Source: Phoronis australis
Lineage: Eukaryota; Animalia; Phoronida
Assembly: GCA_002633005.1 (NCBI GenBank)
Contig: NMRA01000357.1
Coordinates: 76,048-140,047 of the forward strand
Direction: 5' to 3'
DNA length: 64,000 nt
Part shown: positions 37,990 to 51,800 of the stretch, in pieces
Layout: each line of letters opens with the position of its first letter
How positions within the stretch are numbered: position 1 is the first letter of the stretch
The notes under the pieces: model-generated
Told to the model about the DNA's origin: nothing
Database searches by the model: none
The model's input: only the letters and a program-made list of their open reading frames with translations
Translations under genes and position numbers: made by a program

Positions 37990-39065
37990 CATAGGCGGAT
38001 TTAGGGGGGGCAGGGGGCGNNNNNNNNNNNNNNNNNNNNNNNNNNNNNNNNNNNNNNNNNNNCCCCCCCCCCCCTTGGCTGCAGCAAAAAAATACAACAG
38101 CAAAAGCATAGGGAAACTGTTGAGTTTATTAATTTGCCCCGGTAATTAAAATTATACGGATGAAAAAAAGATTTAAATATGTGCATTTTTAGTGTTTGGG
38201 GCTCAGATCCAATTTCAAGTGTCAAATTCGGAACACAGCACATTCGTAACGAAACTATGGCTAAGTGCAGGCTCTCCCGCGATATCCCAGGCGACCGGCA
38301 GTGGCGCTGCGCACTACGACTCCGTTTCCGTCGTCTGCTCCACTGTGCTATGAAGAAAATTCACTTCATTTTTTAAAGAAAATGGAACCTGAGCGACGAC
38401 GAAAAAACAGAAGCTGCTGGTAAGATGTGAATTTTAATCGAAGCCTTAGTGAATCACTTAGAAACTCATTACTTCTCTCTTTGTCAAACCTTAACTTAAG
38501 ACGATTTCCAAAGCGTCATTATTGCCAACACGAAAAACGGTTCTTTCTTTTGGGCATTTGAAGACTATTTTAAATACAACAAATTTGTTAAGAACCGATT
38601 GCACAAAATAAAAAACGTGTAATAAGCATTACAAAAGGAAGTAGGTTTCGCGCGCAAACGCTGTGGACCATAAACAAGTAGGTCTCTTAGTTTAGTTTAT
38701 TAATGAAATCGTGGTGGTGTAGTGGTAAAGCACGCGCGTAGAATCAGCCAGGTCGTGAGTTCGAGTCAGTGGAACTCGCAGTTTTTCCTGTGTGACACGT
38801 TCTCCCTGTTTTTTTTTTTTGTTTTTTTTTCTTTTTGCCTTTTTTTTTTCTTGTATAATACATCAGAAATCAAGCCTAGGAAAATGCTTGATTTTTAGAG
38901 GAAAAAACAGAAAAATTCCTCGGCGGGAGGGGGCAAACGCCCCCCTCCCGACATCCCCCCATTCGGTGCTATGCGCATCTACAATCGTGGTTTGCGCAAA
39001 TGCTTACAGCCGGACAAAATGATGGGCCCCCCTAACCCCCTTGTGATATCCTAGATCCGCCACTG
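37990..39065. mobile_element. About 1.1 kb non-autonomous TIR element (CATAGGCGGATTTAGG...CCTAGATCCGCCACTG)
   Basis: Same TIR family as 16240 and 60871; flanks TAAGT / CAAGT (5 bp, one mismatch). Confidence 0.6.
38711..38770 (+). repeat. tRNA-derived (SINE-like) head with Pol III A and B boxes
   Basis: A box TGGTGTAGTGG (38715-38725), B box GAGTTCGAGTC (38757-38767); no complete cloverleaf. Confidence 0.5.
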
Positions 39066-39319
39066 CAAGTAGTGACTCATTTAGTGTCAAGGTGGTCCCA
39101 GGTAGTTTTACAGTGATGACGAATCAATGATAATTCACTCCTATTTTTCCATACGGTCTTTGATTCTATGGACTATGCAAAATGCGTGATTTTTTCTTGA
39201 ATCTGAAGGAATCGGGGGCACTGAGGCCGGGGCACTGAAGGGCCCTTGCAGATCTGAATGGAAAATTTCCTGGCCGAGTCCCATACGACAGACTTTATGC
39301 TACCGCTCAACCAGCAGCA

Positions 39320-39832
39320 AATAGAACTCGCTGGTTCCTTGCGTGCTTAGTATAGCCCGGCCAGCCAGCACGCAGGTATCACGCCTCGCTGGTTCCCTGC
39401 GTGTTTAGCCCAATGAGCTATATCTCATTGGTTTAGCCCAGCCACTGAGCACGTGCTGTCGCGGCCACCGCCCCACCTAGCGGCTCGCAGGGAACCAGCG
39501 AGAAAATGAAACAAATACCGTCTCTTCGTATCGTCAACAGATGTCGTAAATTATCAACTAAAAGAGGGATATAATCGCTTTTTTGTGACCGTCTAAAATC
39601 TTAGACATAATACCGTCTAAAATCCTAACAAATAGTTCACCAAAAGCCTTTAATTTGGACTTTATGGCCATAATTGCAGCATATACGAAAAACAATCGAT
39701 AAAATTTAGAAAAAAGACGAAAAGTCTTACAATATTACATTTCTATTTTCGGCGACAATTCTCCCCTTTCATTGAGTGGTCTTCCACGTGCTTGAACGTT
39801 TTAAAGATCAAGAGAAGCTTATCGGTTGTAAA
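39320..39832 (+). promoter_or_regulatory. Nucleolin promoter / 5' UTR region
   Basis: Inverted CCAAT pair at 39410-39431, E-boxes CACGTG at 39450-39455 and 39785-39790, GC-box-like CCGCCCC near 39468, and pyrimidine tract TTCTCCCCTTTC at 39759-39770 (TCT/TOP-like start). Confidence 0.6.
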
Positions 39833-42800
39833 ATGGTTGGCAAAAAAGCTCCGAAACCTAATGTAAGTTTGAAATTTAACATGTAGCCAAGGCAAACCAA
39901 GTTACTGTATTTGATTGTCGATTGATATGGACAATGTTCCCTCAGTTATTACGAGAATTCATGGGAGTAGTCTGCGCCACGAATCTCAAGTCAATGTCTT
40001 CGACTTGACTTGGAGCAGTAGAGGACATTGGTCGGATATAGCGGCCCTGTTTTTGAGAACCAGTTTCATCCACTGATTAAAGGGGCCGTTATTCAGTGAT
40101 TGCCTGGTTGTCAAAAGCAGGGACTGCTATATCAAACCAGTCTTGGTGATACTTTTGATTGAATCAATTTTCATACGCTGTAAGTTCTGAATTAGTGAAT
40201 AACCAGCGTTAGGTCTTCTCGCAGATTTCTTTTGTACATGTTTTAACACTTCCCGGAATTTATACTCCAGTAGACAGAGCCACCGCTTCTAGGTGATGTG
40301 GCTCAACGACGTTATTTAAATTGCCACTGGCCATGTCACATTTTTAGTGTAGGGAGGACGTTTTTTTAAATTTTTTTTTACAATACCCATGTGTCATACA
40401 TTTTTGAAAAGCCCTTGGTGTGAGAAATGAAATTGTGCAAAAATCTGAACAATTGGATGAGTGGTTAACGAGAAAATGGCCGTTGAAACACGACGATTAT
40501 GCTTAAAATATCTGCCTTTTTATATAATTTAGTAAAAAATAAAAGAACATACATGTGCTGCATATAAATAGATTCGTCTCATTGGGACAAACATGGTGGT
40601 GTGTATTATATAAAATTTGGATCTATTTCTACAGAGATATTGCTGTTTAAGTGTGTTGTTAGCATATAGAACAGGCTCATCATGTTTGATGAAAACAATG
40701 GATTACACAGCTTAAAAGGTAAAGAGCAAAGACACCATATCTGCTCAGAAATAAATACATCTGAGCTAGGAGGAAATTTCACATCAAATCACAAGATCAC
40801 ATTGGTGGATTGGGGGGGGGGCAAGGAGGCCAGTCCGTGGCCCCCCTAAAACTCCCAGATTTCATTTGGCAGTTTGAGGGTGCAAATATCTTACGGGTAA
40901 AATCCTGNNNNNNNNNNNNNNNNNNNNNNNNNNNNNNNNNNNNNNNNNNNNNNNNNNNNNNNNNNNNNNNNNNNNNNNNNNNNNCAAAAAACATCAGAAA
41001 GTAGACTAAAGACCATTTGGGAAAACAAATCACTCTAACATGAAGGATTTCATCATTTACGCAACAAAAACTTTGTAACACCTTTATTTCGTATGGTGAA
41101 GTTGCGATGCCATTGAACTTCAACGTAGGCGCTGACATGCGGCGACTTAGTGAACTAACGACTGCTGTTTGAAAAGTGCCAATACGCAGCAGTTTGATAG
41201 AATTTCTGAAAATGAAATAATTACCAATTAAAAGAGTGATAAATTCCTCATCTAAAAATCGAGGGGGCATATTGCGCAACTGGAAAAACATCAATCTCCC
41301 GACCGACCAAAATTAGGCCTTCCGGACGATCGAAAACTCGCCATGAAAACTTGGCCTTGACTTCGAGAAAACAACTTGTGGAGATGCGCAGGCATCTAAA
41401 CTACATCCTGTCCAAATTTCATGTTTGTATTTGAGAGTATAGTGCTCTTTTTGATAGGAGGAACAAGAGGCACTTTTTGGAAAGATGATTGCATGGCGGA
41501 AAATCATGTCCTAAAAAAAGCTTACAAAAATGATTTATCAGCAATAATTTGAGACAAAAAGATTACAAACTTACAAATAAAGACTAAGGTAACAATTTAT
41601 AACACAAAATTGTAGTATAGTTAAGTTTGAAGTCTGAAATCGGGTAATTTACCGACGTGGGTTTTACATGGAGGCAGATATGGAGCACCGTGGCCTACTT
41701 TTTGATTGTCCTCCCTATTTTGTGGCCTTGGACGGTAAAATCCCAGGTCGCATTTTCAAAACCGAGCTCACATTCAGAAATGCCAGGTTGCTAAAATTTC
41801 CCGCCAAAAGCCATAATCTTAACATTTTCTGAATGATGTAAAAATAAGTTTTAATATGTAAAAATGACTTAACTGCAGCGTTAATTGCTCACAAATTTTT
41901 GGTCGCAAAATTAAGTTCTTACATGCAGGTACAGCGATCAGGAGCGGATCCAGAATTCTGAGTGGGGGGGCAGGGTAGAGTATTAGCCAGGATTTTGCTA
42001 GTCAGACATTTGCACCCCAGAACTGCCATATGGAACCTAGCCCTGCCCCTAGTACCAATACTAGTAGGCTCCTAGGACAACACTTAGCCCCTTGCCTTGG
42101 TTAACTGGTTAGGGGCTTCAATACTTCCCATTGCTTTCTGTGCTAGTAATTTCATTCCAGACAGAACTTACTTGTCAACGGGATTTGGTTATTGTTTACA
42201 ATCCGACTCTATTACCGTACATACTTGATACTACTATTTTCTTAATCCTCTAGTCATGGTGATTCCAAAAATGTATTACTTGTATCGATTGGTCGATTAT
42301 TATTCACAATTTCCTAGTTTTTTCCAAGGCGTTCATTTGCAACGTGGATTTAGTGAGGCAGCCATTTTTAAAAGTGCTTCACCTGTCGGCAGGATTGATA
42401 ACTAACGGTTAACCGCGAGATGTCCAGTGTTTTAGAGGACGACATTTGTCCACGAGAACACACACTCTTGTGTTTTTTCTAGTTTTGAAGAGGCAATCTT
42501 TTATAAATGACTATTACTGTTTTTTACTCAGAGTTTCCCTAACATGCCACACGGTATCTTCAACATGCTCGCCAATTTTGGGGTCTTTTTGACACGCATG
42601 ATCGTTGTTATCATTCCTGCCGACAGGTGTCGCAGTTTTATAATGGCGGTCACTCAAGATCAGCTGCCGCAAATGAACACCTCGTGAAAACGGTGAATGC
42701 ATCAATAAGAAGTCCCTAATTGGTGCGAGTAATACATTTTGGAATCACCATGATAACCCTGGCGAGAGGATTCAGAAAATATTAATATCAAGTATGTACG

Positions 42801-45800
42801 TTAATGGAGTCGGATTGTAAACAATAACCCAGGATTTTATTGTTTCTTTCTAGTACAGTTCTCCCTCTACTGGAATCCAGATTTCTTAGTACATGAGAAA
42901 ACCACAAATTAAAGCCTAATAAAAGAAATTGATCAGAGCGCATGTTACATGCATGTAGCCAATGGAATAAATATAGCTCATTGCATGTAGGCCTACTACT
43001 CTGGCAAATGAATTTTGATGACACGCAGACGAACTTCTAAATGAACGTCATATGACAACAACTTGATTTTTCATGTGTTGGGGGGTGCAATGTAGCATAG
43101 ATTTGGACTTAATCTGCAGTTAATCCCGACTCCACAGGAAATTAAAAATCATGGGGAGGCTATTTGGAAAACTTAAGGATTTCAGATAATTTGTTGAGTC
43201 GAAACTGTATTTACATTCAAGTTGACCTACTGATGTTCACAAGGCAGGGACATATCAGTTGGTAAGTTTCGCCATAGGATTTCTGCAAAATTTTCTGATA
43301 CAGGACCATAATTAAACATAGGTTACAGATACGTTGCAGAGTGTAAATTTGATGAATCGTAGCTTCAAGTTTCACTCCTTTCGGAGACCGGGTTTCAAAT
43401 GCCTTAGGCCACAATAAGCGCCCTCCCGAAACGAATTTTTCTAAGCGCCCTGGGCACTTATTAGGGTGAATACGGTAGACCACTTTGTGCAGGACCACAC
43501 GACGCGCTCACTGTGACCTTTTTTTTGAGACGAATCGCGTATTGGTCAACATTTACTGACTCGGTTAGAGCGTACTCTGTGTATGTTTTTTACTGCCAAA
43601 GCACTGAGATGTGGACCGAAGTTAACCTTAAATAATAAGCGATAATTTATTCATTTTCATCTGGGAAACTAGCAATTATTTTTGTGCTCTGAAAATTTGC
43701 TCGTCGCCTTGGTGACTGGCAGGTGAACTTCTACTCGCCCAGTATTTCAGTAATAGGGATGACAGTAACGCCTATTAAACCCTTTATTAATATGCTAGCC
43801 CCTTGATGTGAAAGTTGAAACATAGTCGTAAATTTGTCTTTTGAGGACACTGTAACATGCTTATGTTCTGTTTGTCCAGGCTGGAAAACTTGCTAAAGGC
43901 AAAGCCAAGCAAGCCCCAATCAAAATGGTGGAACAGGAAGAATCTGACAGCAGTGAAGATGAGGACATGACGGTAAAACCTCCACCACCATGAAATGATG
44001 TGCCTGACGCACTTGGTTGAAATCCTCTGCCATGTCTGTTGGCAGAATCATAAGTGACCTGTATCCCCTGCCCTCAGGGTGGAGCTACTTCCCAAACCCT
44101 GCCTTCAGGGTATTCGGTTTACCATGCTGTTATCTCCCCTGGCCTCGGGGGTCATAACTAACTCGACCCCTGCCCTCAGGAGTCAGTCTACCTTAGTTTT
44201 GGTCAACCAGGTTGTCGGCCACACACGCTGTCAGTTAAATAATGGCTGGTTCTTTTGTATAGAGCAGTTCAAGATAGCATTTCTGGTCAGAAATCAAACA
44301 TACTTTTTGCAAGCCTAGCCTGACACTGCTCAACGGCTGAGAACAATACTGCTGTGTCTCATCTCTTTTGTTCATTATTAAGGATACAATCATGCAGTTC
44401 TCATAGATTTGGACTGCACAAATAATTCTCTTCATTGTCCAAATGAATCTGCACGAAGTCGTTATTTAGTTATGCGCTGTGTTGAATTTGACAATATAAC
44501 TACCAGTAGTCAAAGGATATTATATCAACCATAGTGGCATTCTGAGCCTCTGACAACCTTGGAGTGTACATACGCTCTGGCCACAGAGTTTGTTACGAGA
44601 CTTGAATCACCCTTGCCCTCAGGGGTTACGTTTCAAAGTTCTGCCCTCAGAACTTGTCTGTATGAGTTCCATGGTAATGCGTCGCTGTGACAACGTGTTT
44701 CATGTTGGACGACCAGCCGCGGGCCCTTAAGGTGAATACCCTATGTGTTTTAGCAGACTGTATATAGTTTCTGCACTCGTTGGGTCTCAGGATTGTATGT
44801 CAGGATTGTATGTCAGTTGATTACATTGTTCTCCACGTGTTTGACTTGTCACTGCATGGAATTTGAATTTTGCTGTGACTAATATGGCTTACTTGCGTCA
44901 AGTGTGAGTATTGGGAGATTAGTACATTGAGATAATGGGATATTTTGGACTTGTGGTACCATGTTGGACTTGTGGTACCATTTTGGACTTGTGGTGCCAT
45001 TTTGGACTTGTGGTACCATTTTGGACTTGTGGTACCATTTTGGACTTGTGGTACCATTTTGGACTTGTGGTACCATTTTGGACTTGTGGTACCATTTCAC
45101 TGCAAACACATACGACCTACAGTGTGGACATGGACTTCTGAACATGTTCATGAATTTTGTATTTCCAGTCGAGTTTGAATTTTGTGCTGTGGAATGCATT
45201 GGATCGTTCTTTGGAGCAGTTTCAAATTACAGGGTGGCCTGTTTATTTGTCAGACTGCCTAACAGATGTTAATATTGAGAAAGTGGGGGTCATTTCAAGC
45301 ACCTTTTTTAATTTTGCTGGCCTTTTAATTCTGGCTGTCCCGTCGAACCCATCCAAAACAACATTCTGGCCGTCTTTTGGACAGCTAAGGCGACTGCTGC
45401 ATAAACCCATGCCTAAAAAAATTGAGCTGGGATACCCTCTTGTCCTGGGTTGTGGCGGGATACGCTGACCAACGTTGGCATTTTGATGAGCAAGATACTT
45501 AGGTCCAAATACGTTGACATAACTTGTGACTAAATAAAGCTGAATCGTGCAGAGTAAATAACAATTTGACATTTACTTTACCTTGCTTTTTTGGCCACTG
45601 CTGAAATGCAAGCGCGTCCCAATCTCAGAATAACTTTTTCAGGGCCCTCAATCCGTTGATTTTGAAGCCGGCTATGGACTTCATTCCCCTTAAAAGGATA
45701 TTGAAAAATTAGCAAAATTCCCCTCATGAGGCCCAAAAGTTCCCCTCAAGTGATTGAAAAATTCCACTCGAGGTTTGAATTCTTTTGTAACTCTCGCAGG

Positions 45801-48800
45801 TCACAATTTAAAGGAGTTTAAAATGTTACTTGAGGAAGTTTGGCGGGGGGCTATTGATGGTGATCGGGAGGTAGAATTTTCCCCTTAACCCAAAAAATTC
45901 CCTCGGAAGGCACAAGCACCTTTCTTCCTGGATAATTGAGGGCCCTGTTTTACACTTGGCAATGCGACGTTAAGCGAGTTGATTAGGTGTGATGGATGAT
46001 GCATTTTGATTTGATAATAGGTAACAAACTGACTCTTCCTGGCATTGTCTTCGCCTTTTATCCTTGAAATAAAAATCTCTCAGTATTAAGTCTCAATTAT
46101 TATGTGACACGACAAATTATGCTCTGAAAATTGGCAAAGTTAGTAATGAATTGACCTATCGCAAGCTCCTCCCCCTTGCGTAATGTCAACTAACAAACAA
46201 TAAGTTTTACTGGGCAACGTGTTGTTTGTCGGGTAAAGTGGTGGCTTAGAAGCAAAGGTGTGTCAAGAATGCTGCGTTCTAAATAGCCAGTTAAGCCGTC
46301 GCTCAAAATCCTGGCGATAGGTCAAATGGGAGAGATTGGATCTATTGAAGGTGTGTCAGTTGCGTCTGAGGCATGTTTGCCACCTGTTAAACTGTTTGGT
46401 GTTTTTTTTTTCAGTCTGACGACGAAAGTGGTGAAGAAGTTATGCCTCAGAAAGTGAGTGTTATATCATAAGTGCATTCCACATTTGGCTGTTACAACAC
46501 ACTGCTCTGTTGAACATGTAATCACCCGTGGGCTTATGTAGGACCTTGAGTAGGAAAATACCAAATTTGACGAACTTGAGAACATATCTCAGAAATGGCT
46601 GAACAGCAGCTTTTACATGCTTTAATGTGCTGCTCTCTTTTGGCAAAGATTGGAACTGTCTTTAACAGGGCTTGGAATTTGCAAATAAAGTACTAGTTTA
46701 CAAACAACCCTGGTCCTCCATTGTGCCTGAAACCATCTGAGAACTAGTTAAAATGACAATCTTGTGAAAGTCTCGTTTTGCGAGACTATGTTTGTGACGA
46801 TGAGTATGGTAACATTTCATCATTACCTTAATGAAACAAGCCCAGTTTCTATATGCCCACATATTTGTATGTGGACGCATTATGCCGTCATTCCAGTCTG
46901 GCATCTGGCATCCGCTGCTCTTTAACTTATGTTCAAGAAGTTATGCATGTTTTCCTTTCATGGAATAGACATGAGCGATTTTTCAGACGGTTCCGACCAC
47001 CGTTGTGCCCCCTAGTGGCAATTATAGTTCTTCACATTTACCTTCAAATGTCCAGATTTTCAAAAAATTTGGAATGTGTCCTTCCGTTTTCAGGTGGATT
47101 TCGGGTATTTTGTGCCACTTAGTGGCCTTTTTTTTGCTGTTTCTGTGTCTGTGTTTCCCGTCCACCTTCCATCAACCAAATCATCCTAAGGATGAACTTG
47201 AAAATAAGCGTATTTGTTCTCAGTGTGAAGAGGACTGTTGAAGACTGTGGCACCTCCTAGTGGCAGTTTTGTTTTGCGCCCATAGCTGTATCTCCTAAAC
47301 CCACTGCAGATTCTTTATTAACTTTAGTAAATGTATTATATGAAGTGAGCATCAGATGACTTTCAGATGGATCCAACGAACGTGTGCCCCCTAGTGGCAA
47401 TTTCATTTTTTTCCGTTTCCTTTATTTCTCTGAAGCTCCTTGACAGATTTTTATGAAATTTGTTAAATATTGACAGTATTGGGTCATTTTTAGAGCATGC
47501 TTGTGTGAGCTTGTTCAACCCTATCTCATTATTCACACGTTAAATATTTACAAGTGACTGTTTGATACAGAATAGGATTTCCTCCCGGGGAACACTTCCA
47601 CTTTGTTCAAAATTCCCTGTATTGAGTATCTGTATTATGTACCATGAATAAAAGACTTTGAATTTTGGTGTGATGAATTTGTGTGGTTTGCGTCAAATAT
47701 GAGATTCATTGCAACAACTTACTTGCACCTCAAGACTACTGTTTGCACGAGGATTTTCTAAACAATGGTCGTAGATTGTGTAATTCACATGGAGTTAAAA
47801 AATTTTCACTTAATGAAGCATTATCAGATTATAACTTTGTCGTTTCAGAAAATTGTTGGTGGTGTTAAACCTGGTGAGGATGAAGAGGAAGACGACGACG
47901 ACGATGATGATGATGATGACAGTGAGGAAGATGATAGCGACGGTAAGTGTTATGATTTGACTGTGTGAGAGCATATCTGTTCTAGCTGCAACGTAAAGTT
48001 TAATTAAAGTATGTCTGCTTGAACAGCCCATAATTTGACTCTATATACATTACTCCTAGTGGCCATTTTGTTCTCTAGAGTTGCTTTAGGGAAGAGTATT
48101 TCTGAAGGATATCTAAAAGAGACGACTGATGAATGTCGAGTAAGCTTGACACAGACACGATGTCAATTGCCGAACCTTTCGTTTTTAGTGGTTATTTGTC
48201 CACTGTTACATGGTGAGAAGGGGCTTTCCAAGTGTTGTGTTGTGGGGGAAGAGGCCTTCTGAATGGTGTCTATAGTAGTGATTGACACATTAAAACTTGG
48301 CTCGGCGGAGTGTGATAATAGTGAGCTGGCACCGCTTGATTTTCGGGCTGATTCGACTACTGTAGCACCTCCTAGTGGCCCTTAGGAGCACATCGTATGC
48401 GATGTACTGTGGGCGGTTAAACACGTTTGTACTGATGATCTTATTGCAGAAGAAGCCCCACCTCAAAAAGTTGTGACACCGAATAAGAAGGCGCCGAAGC
48501 CGGCTGGCAAAGCTGTAGTTGCTCCACCTGAGGAGTCCAGTGATGATGAAGAATCAGAGGATGATGATGAGGATGATGATGAAGAAGATGATGAAGAAGA
48601 GGAACTTCCTATGAAAGTGAAGGCTGCAGCTGCTGCTGTTAAACAGAATGTCGGGGAGGAGGATGAAGATGATGATGACGAAGATGATGATGATGAAGAT
48701 GATGATGATGACTCTGACGATGCAGAAGATGGTGTTGCGGCAAAAATGGATGTTGGTGAAGATGATGAAGACGAGGATGAGAGTGATGATGATGATGAGG

Positions 48801-51800
48801 AGGAGGATGATGAAGGTGGGTTTTCTACTATTTTAAGGCGATTTTGTGCTTGTTGTTCCCCCCTATCGTTTTTCAAGCAGCCCAAGTACTTATCAAATTG
48901 GGGCCAAATAACTTGACGTTACTCGACTATTCCAGTCTATTTTTACTATAAATACCAAAGTGCAGGGCTTGGAATTTTCCGCGGAAACGCGGATTTCCGC
49001 TTTTTTCAAATGTGCTTTCCGCTTTTTTTATAATATTTCCGCGTAAAAAAATCGGATTTGATATAAAATTTCCGCGGCAAATTCCTTTCTTACCGCGGCG
49101 TTGCAGACGACGTTCACCTCGAAAAGCGGAAGTTGCTCTTTATGTTCGGAGGAACGTAAATTGTCAACATTGCCGGGGCATCTGGGATAGCGTGGTGTGA
49201 TTTTCAATGGCGTCTCGTGTTATTGTTAAGCGCGGCGACAAATACTACCGCTCTGCAGCCAAAAATGTGTGGGTTGGGAGTAGACGGGCGAGCTAAAAGG
49301 ACGCAGACGCATGCTACTGATGGTGGTAACGTTTTTTTTTTAGTCCGCCCGATTTTTGTCGGAGAAACGGTTCACATCGACCAGTTCTAGGCTGGGTTAC
49401 CGGGCGATGATTTGGGCCGTAAAAGTTTCCGCGTTTTTTGTCATTGGTCATTCCAAGCCCTGAAAATGACGATCGGCAAATACTGACAGCCAAGTTTTTG
49501 GGGGAATGCCTTCCTGTTCTGTGAAGTCAGTGACTTCATACGGAATTCCTCGCATGTCGCGAAATATTGCATCCAGCGATAACTGTCCGTTCATGGACAC
49601 TTAATTTTTGAAATTGATGTACACTTGTCTGAAGTTCAAAGGATTTGCTGTACGCCAATGCTAGCTGCCAATGTGTATTCGACGGAACAACGAATTTGAA
49701 ATGGGAAACCATATCCGTTGAAAAAATGATACACGTCAAAATTGTAGGACTAACCTTCAGTACAGGTGCCATCAATGTTGTTGAGCATGCAAACCAGATA
49801 AAACTTAGCGCATACTTCCTTAATTTGCTTGCACTGTTACGTTGCAACGCGGATGAATAAATGAAAAAATTTTGAAAAATTTGCTCAGGCCAAACGACGT
49901 ATATTGATGCGTGAGAATGCAGTGCAAATATCATGAGAAGTAAGGTTGTAATGTTGGTTACGTATTTAATGACTAATTTAGTATGAAAGTAAAAGCCTCG
50001 AAATGCTTTATCGTTGTGCGGAAGATCATCGGGCAATTTGAGTTTGCTCTGTATGTGGCACTGTGTGCTGCATATGGAAAAAGTAGGTCACCCAGTCACG
50101 TGCACAGCACCTGTTACTTGTGCTGTGAATCAGGCCGGGATATTGCTTGAAAAATTACGAGTAAAGAATGGTTATTTTTAGAATAAATTTGTTGTAGTGT
50201 AGTACGAAAAACTGTGATCGACTTTAGACCTTGTTACTGTTAATTTCAACAAAGCGTCGTCCATTTGTAATGCTCTGCAGAAGATGCTTACAATCACGAT
50301 GTCCCCAGCAACCATTGGCGACGCCTGTAGCCAAACTCTAGGTGACTCCAAATTTGCGTGTGAAGCGCTAGGAAAAAATAAGAAGTCATGAAAATACAAG
50401 GGCCAAAATCAAACACAGTTTTGGCGTTTTTTTAGTTGTCATCGTTTACGAGGTCAAAGACCGGATATATAAGCGCGAGTGCAAATACACCATCTTTCCT
50501 ATTTTCAAGTGAAGATTTTCGCCTTTGTTGAGCACTGGTGGGCCTGAGTTAGGAATTTGTTGAGGATATGTGTTCTCAAGGATATATTTCTTCATGTCCT
50601 TTCGAATGCAATTGTTTTTTTCATGAGTTTAGATTATCTTGCTCAACTGCATTAAAGTAGTAGACTTCTCTTTTGAGAGCCTCAAAAAACATTGAGTTCT
50701 AAAATCATGAATTATCTGTCTAACATGCATTTTTCCTCGGATTATCTTACAAAAAACATTTGCAGGTCTTGATTTTTGTAGTTTGGTGACATTGCACACT
50801 TCCTGAATGGAACAAATCCTTTAATGTTTGTTTAGTATCCTTCTTCGTGGTTCTTTGAACAAGAAAAATAAGCATGCAAACAGTGTGCTAAAGTGCAAGG
50901 AAAATGGCCTTTTAGATATTTAAATTTTCCCCTCAAGCGTGAGGGGGGAACTCCCTACCTCCCCACTTTGGCGCAACTCCCAACCTCCCCACTTCGGTGC
51001 TGTGCGCTTCAGAATTGCGATTCGTGTGACTCGTCTTTCTCATGACTTTGGAGCCGCGCTTTTGAAATCCTACACGAGTCCCTGATATGAACTGTCATTT
51101 GTTGAATTTTTTTGTGATACTCAGAACTAAGCTCATAGCCAAACGTACATTCTGTCCGCTGTTTTAAATTAAACCTGTCTGGAATCAGAAACTTGACAGT
51201 ATGCACAACCTTGGCGGTTAGCTCTAGTGGGCAATATTTTTATAAATAAGTTCTTGTTCATGAATACAAAAATGAAGAGTAATGTGAATTTTTTAATCGA
51301 TGAGTTTTTGACCTTCTCCGTTGGTTGTATTTTGCAGAAGAGTCAGAGGAGGAAGAAGAAGAGGTTGTCAATCAACAGAACAAACGAGTCAAGAAACAGA
51401 AAGAACAGCCTGTGAAGAAGCAAAAGGTGGAGAATGGTGGTGGAGGTCAGTGTCATACGTTGGGTGGGCTTTAGCAAGAACAATACGGTCATCGTGGATT
51501 ACACAGCGACACTCGAATTTACCCGCAAGCCCGTAAACATTCGTCAGTCACATTTGCTGCCTCGTTTTTGTGCCACTGGAGTTCATACTTCCTTCCTCTT
51601 TCAATAAAAAATGTGCCTGAAACGAGCAAAGAGGTGTCGGATTTTTTAACTGATGGTTTGGTAAATCATGATGTCTCTTTCCTTGCCAACTTAGGTGCCC
51701 TAGTGCAGAATTTCAAAAAACCTTGACTTTGGCTGAAATTGATGCTGTTAGACCAGAACCAAGTAATTTTTTTTGGATATTGGTAAATACCTTGCTGTTT

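Noticed and set aside
38711-38790. tRNA gene
   Set aside because: A and B boxes are present but there is no acceptor or anticodon stem. A similar tRNA-like remnant at about 54305-54360 (-) was rejected for the same reason.
39900-40345. Telomerase RNA or U17 in nucleolin intron 1
   Set aside because: No CTAACCCTAA-type template and no U17 m1/m2 motifs visible.
44821-45272. Repetitive peptides in all six frames
   Set aside because: Translations of the 19-bp minisatellite; the same holds for ORFs at 19656-20021 and 32909-33226.
48463-48885. Poly-Ser ORF on minus and poly-Met ORF on plus
   Set aside because: Antisense and alternate-frame shadows of the nucleolin acidic exon.
49536-50036. 166-aa minus-strand ORF in nucleolin intron 5
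   Set aside because: No recognisable domain or splice context; the region looks like the interior of a decayed DNA transposon.
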